Assembly (NCBI GenBank): GCA_016933055.1
Contig: JAFGBS010000014.1
Span: forward strand, 150,001 to 182,000
Direction of reading: 5' to 3'
DNA length: 32,000 nt
DNA from: Promethearchaeota archaeon
GTDB taxonomy: Archaea; Asgardarchaeota; Lokiarchaeia; Sigyniarchaeales; Promethearchaeaceae
The notes beneath the pieces are model-generated. The model had not been told where the DNA came from, ran no database searches, and saw only the letters and a program-made list of their open reading frames with translations. The position numbers were made by a program, and so were the translations under genes. Below are positions 1-8,426 of the stretch, piece by piece; the first letter of the stretch is position 1; each line of letters opens with the position of its first letter.

Positions 1-1227
1 TTCCTCAAAATAGATTATTTCTGCATTCTCCGGAAATTCGTCTATAATGGTGCCTATTGGGACTTCATCTCGCCAAAGAACATATACTCTGTTCATGCCA
101 TCGGAACCTGCAAATGATATGCTCGTAACTCGTTCTCGCGCGATTAGTGCCTCTGGTAAATTTCCCGTCTTTGGAACTTCAACTTCTATATCGAACGCGA
201 CTCTACGAACGTCAGGTATAGGATAGGAAAACACTTTCATATACCGTCGAGCCATTTCTTGAAATACCTCCGGTTCGTTCGCAAACAATTTTAATAATTT
301 TTTTTCAAGATCAGGAGTTGTATGCAATTCCATTGGGGAAATTGACCCATCTTTTATTTGATAAATTAAACCGGGTATTAAATCTCGGTCATAGATATAA
401 TTATGGTGATAGCGAATATTTGCTTCCCATGCACCATTATACCCTGCTCGTGCTAGTATATTAAATATCGAATTAGGGCTGAGAGTCATGGGATCATCAT
501 TTTGAATATCTCCTTTTTTGCCGATATCGTTTGGAGTTTTTCCATAAATTTTCGAAACCATTATTTTTTCGTCGTGTAATAAATCTTCAATTTCCACAGT
601 TTCAATTCCATCAAATCCAGAAAAATTGACCAATTCGGGAATTTGTTCAAGTTTTTCCTTTTTTTCCTTGTGCAATGCGTAAGGACGATGGTTAGTATTG
701 TCTATCCAAAATTTGATTATTTTTTCATTGATATCATAAAACCGCGCATATGCTTTGTTTTGTTTTCCAGAGTATTCTACTGTAAGTAATATCCCTTGTT
801 CCATATGGGAACAAATTTCCCCGTTTTGGATGAGGTTTTCTACATATACTGCCTTTGCAGCTCCCTTTCTATCTTCTACTGGATTCTCAAACCGTTGTTC
901 CCCAAATGGAGTTGTGTCTTTTTTATAGAAAGTCAAATCAGATTTTTTCAGTGTTTCCACTGAATTGGGTTGGGACGATAGGGTCTTTTTTTGAGGAACA
1001 TCTTGTTTCTTTTTTTGCTCAACCATCTGTTGTAACTTTTCAAGTTGCTTTTCTTTCTCAGGGAGCTTTTCTGATGAAAAATCTGCAACTTGTTCTTTTT
1101 TCGTAGATTTTTTCAAATTTTTCTCGGAATCCGATTCTATGAATCGCATAAGGCTATTCTTTGCGGTAACAGGTTTGGTTTTCTTTTTTGATTTACCGCT
1201 GGTTTTTTCAGATTTTTTAAAAGTCAT
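1..1227 (-). CDS. polB1: Family B DNA polymerase, archaeal PolB1 type (partial, runs off the left edge)
   Basis: Not in the ORF track. Manual minus-strand translation from ATG at 1227 stays open to position 1 (409 codons). It contains GILLTVEYSGKQNKAYARFYD..WIDNTNHRPY, WEANIRYHHNYIYDRDLIPG and PIPDVRRVAFDIEV (ExoI), which match PolB1 (Dpo1-like) N-terminal and exonuclease motifs. An SD-like AAGGGG lies just upstream of the ATG. Confidence 0.9.
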   Translation of the reverse strand, partial: MTFKKSEKTSGKSKKKTKPVTAKNSLMRFIESDSEKNLKKSTKKEQVADFSSEKLPEKEKQLEKLQQMVEQKKKQDVPQKKTLSSQPNSVETLKKSDLTFYKKDTTPFGEQRFENPVEDRKGAAKAVYVENLIQNGEICSHMEQGILLTVEYSGKQNKAYARFYDINEKIIKFWIDNTNHRPYALHKEKKEKLEQIPELVNFSGFDGIETVEIEDLLHDEKIMVSKIYGKTPNDIGKKGDIQNDDPMTLSPNSIFNILARAGYNGAWEANIRYHHNYIYDRDLIPGLIYQIKDGSISPMELHTTPDLEKKLLKLFANEPEVFQEMARRYMKVFSYPIPDVRRVAFDIEVEVPKTGNLPEALIARERVTSISFAGSDGMNRVYVLWRDEVPIGTIIDEFPENAEIIYFEE

Positions 1228-1361
1228 TAAGTTCCCCTTACTAGTTACCACTGAATATTGGAAAATCTATCTATAAAGTATTTATTTACATGGAGTACAT
1301 GCAAAATTGAATAGAATAGAGAGTCAATTCTATATTAAATATATTATTAACCACTCAAAAA
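1228..1361. promoter_or_regulatory. Divergent promoter region between polB1 and thiolase
   Basis: AT-rich intergenic gap between divergent genes. A TATA-like TATATTAA at 1331-1338 is about 30 nt upstream of the thiolase ATG at 1362, consistent with a leaderless archaeal transcript. Confidence 0.4.
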
Positions 1362-2618
1362 ATGGAAGATGAATTCGTGATGAAAAAAAGAGATGTTGTC
1401 ATAGTTAGTGCTTGTAGGACTCCAATTGGTGCATTTGGAGGGAGTCTGCGACCAGTTCAAGCACCTCAGTTAGCTTCTTTAGTTATGCGTGAGGCAATCA
1501 AACGTGCAAAATTACAGGATCAATTAGATCTGATCCAAGATGTGAGATTTGGGAATTGCTTAGAACCAGTTGATGCGATGAATGTAACACGCATTGCAGC
1601 ATTACTGGCAGGGGTTCCTAACTCGGTTCCCGCGGTTACCGTAAATCGTGTTTGTATTTCAGGAATGACTGCGGCTTTAGATAGTATGGTTTATATACAG
1701 AATGGATTATTGGACTGTTGCCTAGTAGGTGGAGTAGAGTCAATGAGTAATGTACCTTATGTGGTTCAAGAAGCCCGTTGGGGTCTGAGATTACAAGATG
1801 CGGCATTTGCTGATGGATTAATTCGTGGTTTGCAATGCGGTTCTATCTTCGTGCCTTATCCTAAAGATGGACCAGTCGAGTGGGCTCGTGGAAAACCCTT
1901 CATAATGGGTCAAACTGCTGAGTTTCTCGTTGCGCGAGATGGCTGGACACGGGAACAACAGGATGAAATCGCTCTACGATCCCATAACAACGCCGAACGG
2001 GCTAATACCGATGGTACTTTCAAAGATGAAATAGTACCAGTCACAATTAAGGACCGAAAAAAAGGAGAGATAATAGTGGATAAGGATGAACATTTCCGGC
2101 CGGGACTAACGATGGAACAATTAGCTAGGTTATCCCCTGCATTCATTCCTAATGGCACTGTAACCGCTGGAAATTCCTCTGGAATTAATGATGGTGCTTC
2201 TGCAATGATTATTATGGCAGAAGAAACAGCTTTAGAATTAGGGCTAAAACCACTAGCAAAAATTACGGGAATGGGAATGGGGGCTTGCGAACCGGAAATA
2301 ATGGGAAGATCTCCCGTTCCTGCGGTTCGTAATCTCTTGGAACGTACTGATTACAAAATAGAGCAATTCGAACGAATTGAACTCAATGAAGCCTTTGCAG
2401 CACAGTATTTGACAGTAGAAAAAGAACTGGGTTTAAATCGAGATATTACAAATATAAATGGTTCAGGAATCGGACTGGGACATCCGGTAGGTTGCACTGG
2501 AAACCGGATTATGGTTTCACTTCTCTATGAACTGATTCACTCGGGAAAGCAGACAGGATTAGCAACTCTATGCGGTGGAGGCGGGGTTTCCTCTGCTTGT
2601 GTGTTAGAAAAAATGTAA
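1362..2618 (+). CDS. Thiolase (acetyl-CoA C-acetyltransferase / 3-ketoacyl-CoA thiolase)
   Basis: Thiolase motifs RTPIG, NRVCISGM (catalytic Cys), TAGNSSGINDGA, NEAFA, GHPVGCTG and LCGGGG. An alternative start is ATG at 1380. Confidence 0.95.
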   Translation: MEDEFVMKKRDVVIVSACRTPIGAFGGSLRPVQAPQLASLVMREAIKRAKLQDQLDLIQDVRFGNCLEPVDAMNVTRIAALLAGVPNSVPAVTVNRVCISGMTAALDSMVYIQNGLLDCCLVGGVESMSNVPYVVQEARWGLRLQDAAFADGLIRGLQCGSIFVPYPKDGPVEWARGKPFIMGQTAEFLVARDGWTREQQDEIALRSHNNAERANTDGTFKDEIVPVTIKDRKKGEIIVDKDEHFRPGLTMEQLARLSPAFIPNGTVTAGNSSGINDGASAMIIMAEETALELGLKPLAKITGMGMGACEPEIMGRSPVPAVRNLLERTDYKIEQFERIELNEAFAAQYLTVEKELGLNRDITNINGSGIGLGHPVGCTGNRIMVSLLYELIHSGKQTGLATLCGGGGVSSACVLEKM

Positions 2619-2621
2619 TTT

Positions 2622-3599
2622 CTAATATTTATTTTTTTTATATCCTAAATCTACCAGCATACCGTATACCAGAGCTAAGGCATTTCGGGTTGAAATACCT
2701 TTATAGACTTCTTTCAGATCTTCAGTCCGGTGGAAAGAAGAGCGTTCTAGAAACAATTCTTGTATTGTAGCTTCTACTACTGATCTTGTTGCTTTGAATT
2801 TTTCGTAGTTGTTCTTTACGAATTCCCGGAAGATGGGAACAAACTTTATTTGGTCCTCTACAATTAATTTTACATCTTTTAAGCTAGTTACGGCACCGTA
2901 ATGGCAAAATCCTGCGTTTTCTATTTCTAAACCTTGTATTTTCTTTAAGGATTGCATGTATTCCTCATAATTGAATTCAGTTGGCATGCTTGTAGGAAGT
3001 GTCAACAATTCTTCCTTATTAAAGAGCGTTCCTGCAGCCTCTCCAAAGTAGGAGAAATACGTAGAACCCTCCATAAAAATCGTTGGACAGACATGATCCT
3101 TGGTGTGCCCAGGAGTAGAAATTAAAGATAGTTCCAGTTCTCTCTCTTCATCCAGCAGAATTTTGGTATCAGGTTCAATTAATTGAAAAAATCGATCGGG
3201 AATCGGTTCCATTCTACCTACAAACTCTCCGTATGTTGATCTTGCTGCTTTAAGATGATTTTCCGGATGTTGCAGATAGGTTTTATGGAGTTCCGTAGCT
3301 AAGATCTTTATTTTTGGATTATATTTCTCTAATTTTGTGAGAATCTTCCAACCAGCTCCAAAGTGATCAAAATGATGATGCGATGGAATAAGATATTTCA
3401 CAGAATCTCGGGAAATATGATGTTTCCTCATATAAGAAAGTACTTTGCGATAATCATCTGAAGTGCCTACATCGAAAATAATCGTCGAATTATCCCAATG
3501 CAGCAAAAAACTACTGGTAATTTTACTCATACCATATTGATTTAGATCTATTAAATGTACTGATTCGATAAATTCTCCAGCAGTGGAAATGATTGGCAT
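2622..3599 (-). CDS. Metallo-beta-lactamase fold hydrolase
   Basis: HxHxDH motif (SHHHFDH), TPGHT, GEAAG and FCHYG metal-ligand motifs; substrate unknown. Confidence 0.88.
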   Translation of the reverse strand: MPIISTAGEFIESVHLIDLNQYGMSKITSSFLLHWDNSTIIFDVGTSDDYRKVLSYMRKHHISRDSVKYLIPSHHHFDHFGAGWKILTKLEKYNPKIKILATELHKTYLQHPENHLKAARSTYGEFVGRMEPIPDRFFQLIEPDTKILLDEERELELSLISTPGHTKDHVCPTIFMEGSTYFSYFGEAAGTLFNKEELLTLPTSMPTEFNYEEYMQSLKKIQGLEIENAGFCHYGAVTSLKDVKLIVEDQIKFVPIFREFVKNNYEKFKATRSVVEATIQELFLERSSFHRTEDLKEVYKGISTRNALALVYGMLVDLGYKKNKY

Positions 3600-3732
3600 T
3601 ACACATTCCTTAATCTTTTCTATATAATAATTTTTTATAATCTGATTGTTATGGTATGTGTATTAACAACGTTATCATCATCTTTATGATTTATTTACAA
3701 CATACTCAAACATAACCGAGGATAAATAAAAT

Positions 3733-6654
3733 TTGAACCAGTCTCTCACACCCCAACTTAATGACGAAACCATCGATCTGATAGAATCCTATATAGCAAA
3801 CCGAAATTATAATGATGTAATTGACATTTGTATCCAAATCGTTCAAGAAAACATCAAAACTCCCAATAGAGAACAATTGTATGAAATAATTGAAAAAATT
3901 ACCCTCATTTGTGATAAAACTCCTTTTATTGTAGACACCCTTGTCCCGTATCTGGGAGAGTTTTTACAAGATTTGGATGAATGGCTAAGAACGGAATCCC
4001 TAATAATTACGGAAAGAATTAGTAAATATCGCCCCAACGTGTTAATTGAATTCATCCCCCTAATCACCAATCGATTACAAGATGAAGATCAAAACAACCG
4101 TGAGATTGCTCTGAACATAATTGGAAATTTAAGTTTAAACCTACATCTTGATCGAGAGAATTTATTTATCTTTATCCTGAATATGATGCAAGATAAATCA
4201 TGGAAAATACGAATACGAGCAATCCAAATCAGTGAACAACTCCTAAAGAAAGAAAAAATACCAAATAAGAATCTTTTTCAAAAATATGTAGAAGGGATAT
4301 CCAAATTAGTAGGAGATGAGGATGAGGAAGTCCAAGGTACTGCAATAGAAACACTCAAAAATATCAGTTTCTTGTTGGATTCCGAATCCTTTCTACAGAT
4401 TACATCCCAGTTAGTAAATTCGTCAATTTGGCAAATAAGTGAGAAAGGAATTTGGTTGGTGGGGGAAGTAGGAGCAGATCAATATTCCAATGTATCATTA
4501 ATAGCCCCCAGATTACCTAATCTCCTAAATAATCCTAATTTAATGATCCAAACAAAAGTAATTGATGCATTGGTAAAAATCGGTCGTGTACATACAGAAA
4601 AAATACTGGAGATCATTTTTAACAATGTGCACACTAAAGAAAAGGAGATTTATGACGGTTTATTCGATATATTTTTGTATTTAGGAATAGAACGACCCGA
4701 TGCAGTTCTCCAGCGAGCCTTTGAACATTTAGAAGACCCAGATCGTTCAATTCGGATGTTTATTTCAGATGTTCTAAACAAATTCAAAGAGGAAGCTGTG
4801 GGCAAAATCGAGGAACAAGTAGCGTCACTATTTGCACGTTTACGCACTACTGATTGGCGACAGCGGCAACATATTGTGGAAATTCTAGGCTCACTCAATG
4901 GTGTTATAAAGGTCAACAGTATTGCAGTGTGGTCTTATCTCACCCTTAAATCGATCTCAGAGAATGAGGTCGATCCTGAGGTTAAGGACACCATCCATTC
5001 AGCATTAGAACGGATACAGAGTTCCATTGATGATATAGAGATAATTATTAGAGAAGTTGAAGTACATCAAAACTTCTTTTATCGTGAAATATTGGAATTA
5101 CAGAATTTACCAAAACAATTACGCGACAATATGCTCATCATTATCGAAAAAAACGAATTTCGGGAAGCATTATTGATTCTGGAACGAGAAATAAATAAAG
5201 CTATCAAAAAAATCGAATCATTTGGGGATCGGTTAGATGAATATGAATACAAAAGATTAGCTGTGGATTTAATAGAAGATTGGTCATATACTCGATTGGA
5301 TTTATTGGAGCAAATAGGAGACATAAAAAATTATATTAAAGAGAGTGTAGAAAATGCAAAACAGCGATATATTACCCAACTGTACGAGAAAATCCAACGA
5401 GTAAAAGCACGAATTGATGTATTGAAGTCTGAAATGGAAGACATCATCAATTTAAATTCCCAGCTAAAACATCTCATCCAAATAGGTGAAGAGGAACGTG
5501 CTAAGAAAAAATTGGAACACCTTGCATACATCCGAGATAAGATTTTTCGTTTAGAAGCAGAAATAGGACAAATTTGGATTGAAAATCTTGATTTTAAAGA
5601 AGAACTCAAAGATATTACTCTATATTGGGTTAATGCAAAAATTGAAGCCCAACAATTATTGTATTCCATAAGTTACAATCTGAAAAGTATCCATACCAGT
5701 TTTAAAGATAGTAAAAAACAAAAAAATGCACTAAAAAAGGAAATTTCCTTTGAACTATTATTAAATCAATATCAAAACTTAATTCTTCAGTCTAGCAGTA
5801 ACGTCCGTGATCAGTTCGAGCGGTTTTCCATTATCACATCCCCTGTTGTGGACGAAATTAAAAAAGGGAGTTATGATAATGCGACAGATTTGCTAAAATT
5901 AACCATTTCCCAAACAGTCACTAGTATTCAAGATTTTGATAAGGAAATCATAAAAATTTATGATCAATTAGATAAGATGGAAGGGGATTTTGAAAAATCT
6001 AAAATGATTCGGTCATATATGGAAGATTGGATTCAGATTAAAGATTCATTGATTGAACGTAGTAATGAATTTTTCCAGCAGACATCTCAAGACATCTTTT
6101 TCCATCGTATAATAGATCTACAAAAATACATCAATCCTATCCCTATTGATCTCTTAAGCAAACATTTGAAAACGGAATATACTGAATCTCAATTACTTGA
6201 AAAATTGTTTAAACTCATTGAAAATGGAACTTTACAAGGTAAGATCCGAGATAATAAGTTATACTTACCCGAAAAACATCCTGAATACGAAAATGTATTA
6301 CAGATTTCCAAAAAAATCGAAACTTTAGGTAATTTCGTTCATTTTAAAATACGGTTGCAAAATACAACACGTCACTTCTTGCAAAATCTATCAATATTAT
6401 TTTCTTGGCCGGTATTTATGGAACTCCAAGAAGAACGTAGTAAACCTAACTGGATGGAGATTAAGGAACTTCAAGCGGAAGAAATCCAAATTTTTAATTG
6501 GGTATTGAAATATCGTCACGATAACATGATTAAATCCTCTGAACGATTGGGAGTAACTTCAAGAATAGGAGAATTAAAAGTTATTATACGCTATACCAAT
6601 TTCTTCGGAGTTCAAAAGGAAATTCGAAAGGAACTTGAGGTGTTCATCCCATAA
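3733..6654 (+). CDS. HEAT/ARM alpha-solenoid protein with helical middle, winged-helix (PCI-like) segment and C-terminal beta-sandwich
   Basis: HEAT-like units in aa ~40-430 (e.g. LQDEDQNNREIALNIIGNL, MQDKSWKIRIRAIQI, VGDEDEEVQGTAIETL, LEDPDRSIRMFISDVL, LRTTDWRQRQHIVEILGSL). A coiled/helical middle follows, then INPIPIDLLSKHL..LFKLIENGTLQGKIRDNKLYL (PCI-like winged helix) and a beta-strand-rich C-terminus (VHFKIRLQNTT..NLSILF..GELKVIIRYTN). TTG start with GAGG upstream. Confidence 0.75.
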   Translation: MNQSLTPQLNDETIDLIESYIANRNYNDVIDICIQIVQENIKTPNREQLYEIIEKITLICDKTPFIVDTLVPYLGEFLQDLDEWLRTESLIITERISKYRPNVLIEFIPLITNRLQDEDQNNREIALNIIGNLSLNLHLDRENLFIFILNMMQDKSWKIRIRAIQISEQLLKKEKIPNKNLFQKYVEGISKLVGDEDEEVQGTAIETLKNISFLLDSESFLQITSQLVNSSIWQISEKGIWLVGEVGADQYSNVSLIAPRLPNLLNNPNLMIQTKVIDALVKIGRVHTEKILEIIFNNVHTKEKEIYDGLFDIFLYLGIERPDAVLQRAFEHLEDPDRSIRMFISDVLNKFKEEAVGKIEEQVASLFARLRTTDWRQRQHIVEILGSLNGVIKVNSIAVWSYLTLKSISENEVDPEVKDTIHSALERIQSSIDDIEIIIREVEVHQNFFYREILELQNLPKQLRDNMLIIIEKNEFREALLILEREINKAIKKIESFGDRLDEYEYKRLAVDLIEDWSYTRLDLLEQIGDIKNYIKESVENAKQRYITQLYEKIQRVKARIDVLKSEMEDIINLNSQLKHLIQIGEEERAKKKLEHLAYIRDKIFRLEAEIGQIWIENLDFKEELKDITLYWVNAKIEAQQLLYSISYNLKSIHTSFKDSKKQKNALKKEISFELLLNQYQNLILQSSSNVRDQFERFSIITSPVVDEIKKGSYDNATDLLKLTISQTVTSIQDFDKEIIKIYDQLDKMEGDFEKSKMIRSYMEDWIQIKDSLIERSNEFFQQTSQDIFFHRIIDLQKYINPIPIDLLSKHLKTEYTESQLLEKLFKLIENGTLQGKIRDNKLYLPEKHPEYENVLQISKKIETLGNFVHFKIRLQNTTRHFLQNLSILFSWPVFMELQEERSKPNWMEIKELQAEEIQIFNWVLKYRHDNMIKSSERLGVTSRIGELKVIIRYTNFFGVQKEIRKELEVFIP

Positions 6655-6669
6655 ATTTTTCAATTACGC

Positions 6670-6677
6670 TTTTTTTT
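6670..6677 (+). terminator. Possible archaeal oligo-T terminator after the HEAT protein gene
   Basis: Run of 8 T at 6670-6677, 16 nt after the stop at 6654. Confidence 0.35.
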
Positions 6678-6716
6678 CCTTACTCAATCGATCTATGTGA
6701 TCGATAGGGAAACAGA

Positions 6717-7754
6717 ATGAATCCAGAATACCGATTAACAGCTAAAACGCAAATTCATGGATGATCATGTAAAGTATCAAAAGGTGCTCTCGAACGGATT
6801 TTAATGGGATCCGGGTTAGACTATTCTGCAGAAGATTGTGCCGTAAAACCGATTGGGAATAAGATATTAGCCACAAACGTGGATATTTTTACTCCCATTC
6901 ATGATGACCCTATTGTTCAAGGAGAAATCACCGCTTGTAACGCTACAAATGACCTATTTGCCATGAATGTGATTGATATCATTATGTATCTGAGTTTCCT
7001 CGGAGTCCCGGTGGATCAACCAGAAGAGATCACTCAAGGGTTAATTAAAGGTCAAAGAAATTTTCTGAAACAATTTGGCGCCGATATAAATGGAGGTCAT
7101 ACAATTATCAATCCTTGGCCGATATCGGGGGGAATTGTAGTAGGAATCGCGGATAAAAAGGATCTGATACCAAAACAGTTACGAACTACAGCCGATACAG
7201 GAGATTTGTTCATCACCAAACCGATCGGAATACAAGCAGCTATGGCAATATATCGTATACAAAAAGATGAGGACAATGTCCTAAATGAATTATTCCCAAA
7301 TGTGAAAAAAGTAACACTCGATAAAATGGTAGATACTGCGGTAGAAGTAATGCGGAAATCCAACCATGAGGTGGCTCACATAATTCGAAAATATCATCTC
7401 AGAAATGGCATTGCCAGTATGACCGATATAACAGGATTTGGTTTGAAACAACACATAGAAGAAATAGTCCAAGGTACCCAATTCGACATCTCGATAAATA
7501 CATTACCAATTATCGTGGGTACGGATAAAATATCTGATGGTTTAGGTTATGATCTCATGGGTGGATGTGCTGCAGAAACTGCGGGTCCAATGTTATTATG
7601 CATAGATCCTAATGAAATTGAACATGATGAAATCTTACGAGTGTTTCACAAGGAAAAAGTCCCGATTTGGAGTATCGGACAATATTTCAAAGGAAATGGA
7701 AAAGTGACCATCTCGCAAAATCCTAAGATCATTCAAGTAGAAAAAATAAATTAG
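6717..7754 (+). CDS. selD: Selenide, water dikinase (selenophosphate synthetase), selenoprotein with Sec at codon 16
   Basis: The ORF track starts at 6804, but the frame extends to ATG 6717: MNPEYRLTAKTQIHG-TGA-SCKVSKGALERILM. This places UGA in the catalytic (U/C)-x-C-K motif. Downstream SelD motifs: EDCAV, TNVDIF, NATNDLFAM, GGHT, MTDITGFGL and ETAG. A SECIS-like hairpin follows the stop. Confidence 0.95.
6762..6764 (+). other. In-frame UGA recoded as selenocysteine
   Basis: TGA at 6762-6764 is in frame with the selD body and sits exactly at the conserved catalytic Cys/Sec position (HG-U-SCK). Confidence 0.92.
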
Positions 7755-7827
7755 TAGTTCCCTATGAAGAGGGTGAAAACCGCTTGCGGGTAACTCTCGG
7801 AGGCTTCTGCTTGCAAAGCAGGAACTA
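7755..7827 (+). promoter_or_regulatory. Eukaryote-type SECIS element in the selD 3' UTR
   Basis: AUGA at 7764-7767. A non-Watson-Crick quartet UGAA (7765-7768) / GGAG (7799-7802) gives tandem G.A/A.G pairs. Helix GAGGGU (7769-7774) pairs with ACUCUC (7793-7798). Unpaired AAAA lies at 7776-7779, and an apical mini-stem CCG-CUUG-CGG spans 7780-7789. A basal helix UAGUUCC (7755-7761) pairs perfectly with GGAACUA (7821-7827). Confidence 0.85.
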
Positions 7828-7843
7828 TATTCTCTCTTTTGTT

Positions 7844-8257
7844 CTATATATACATATCTCTGTATGAATCATCGTCTTCCGATTCATAGTCTTCATCATC
7901 CTCTTCATCCAGGATCTCTTCAAGTATTTGCCGTAACTCAGGATATTCTCTCAAAAACCTCTTAATATCTTGAAAGTCCATCATATCAGGAGTAAGGGGT
8001 ATATCGTTCATTGAAACAGGAATTCGGATTTTCTTCCGTATCTTTACACCCTTTTGTTGGAGTAGATCAAGGTAAATTTTGATTAATTCTTGCTCTATCT
8101 CTGTGGCTTCCATTTCATAAATCTTTGAATCTGAATACTTATTTTCTAATTCAAGGAATCCCTTTTCCCTGAGTTCTTCATCCATTTCCACACCAGATAA
8201 TTTTTTGACAAAATCTTTAACCACTTCGAAATTTAGAATGTCTCTCCATGTTGCCAT
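7844..8257 (-). CDS. Small helical hypothetical protein with acidic tail ending in MYI
   Basis: 137-aa ORF with plausible protein composition, divergent from aIF2-gamma. C-terminus is EEILDEEDDEDYESEDDDSYRDMYI. Confidence 0.75.
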   Translation of the reverse strand: MATWRDILNFEVVKDFVKKLSGVEMDEELREKGFLELENKYSDSKIYEMEATEIEQELIKIYLDLLQQKGVKIRKKIRIPVSMNDIPLTPDMMDFQDIKRFLREYPELRQILEEILDEEDDEDYESEDDDSYRDMYI

Positions 8258-8426
8258 TATTTATCTAGTTAATAAAAAAAATTATCACTACTAAACTTAC
8301 CTCTATTTATTTATTGGAAAATCGGCAAAATCGTAAAGTGAAATTAGTGAAAAAATCGATTAAATTTTTGAACAATAATGAATTAATCACATGAACGATC
8401 ATTGCATTAGTGGGTATTAATCAAAA

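Noticed and set aside
6762-6764. selD as a nonsense-mutated pseudogene, or true start at 6804
   Set aside because: The TGA falls exactly on the catalytic Cys/Sec position and a SECIS-like hairpin follows the gene. A 6804 start would lack the essential x-C-K motif.
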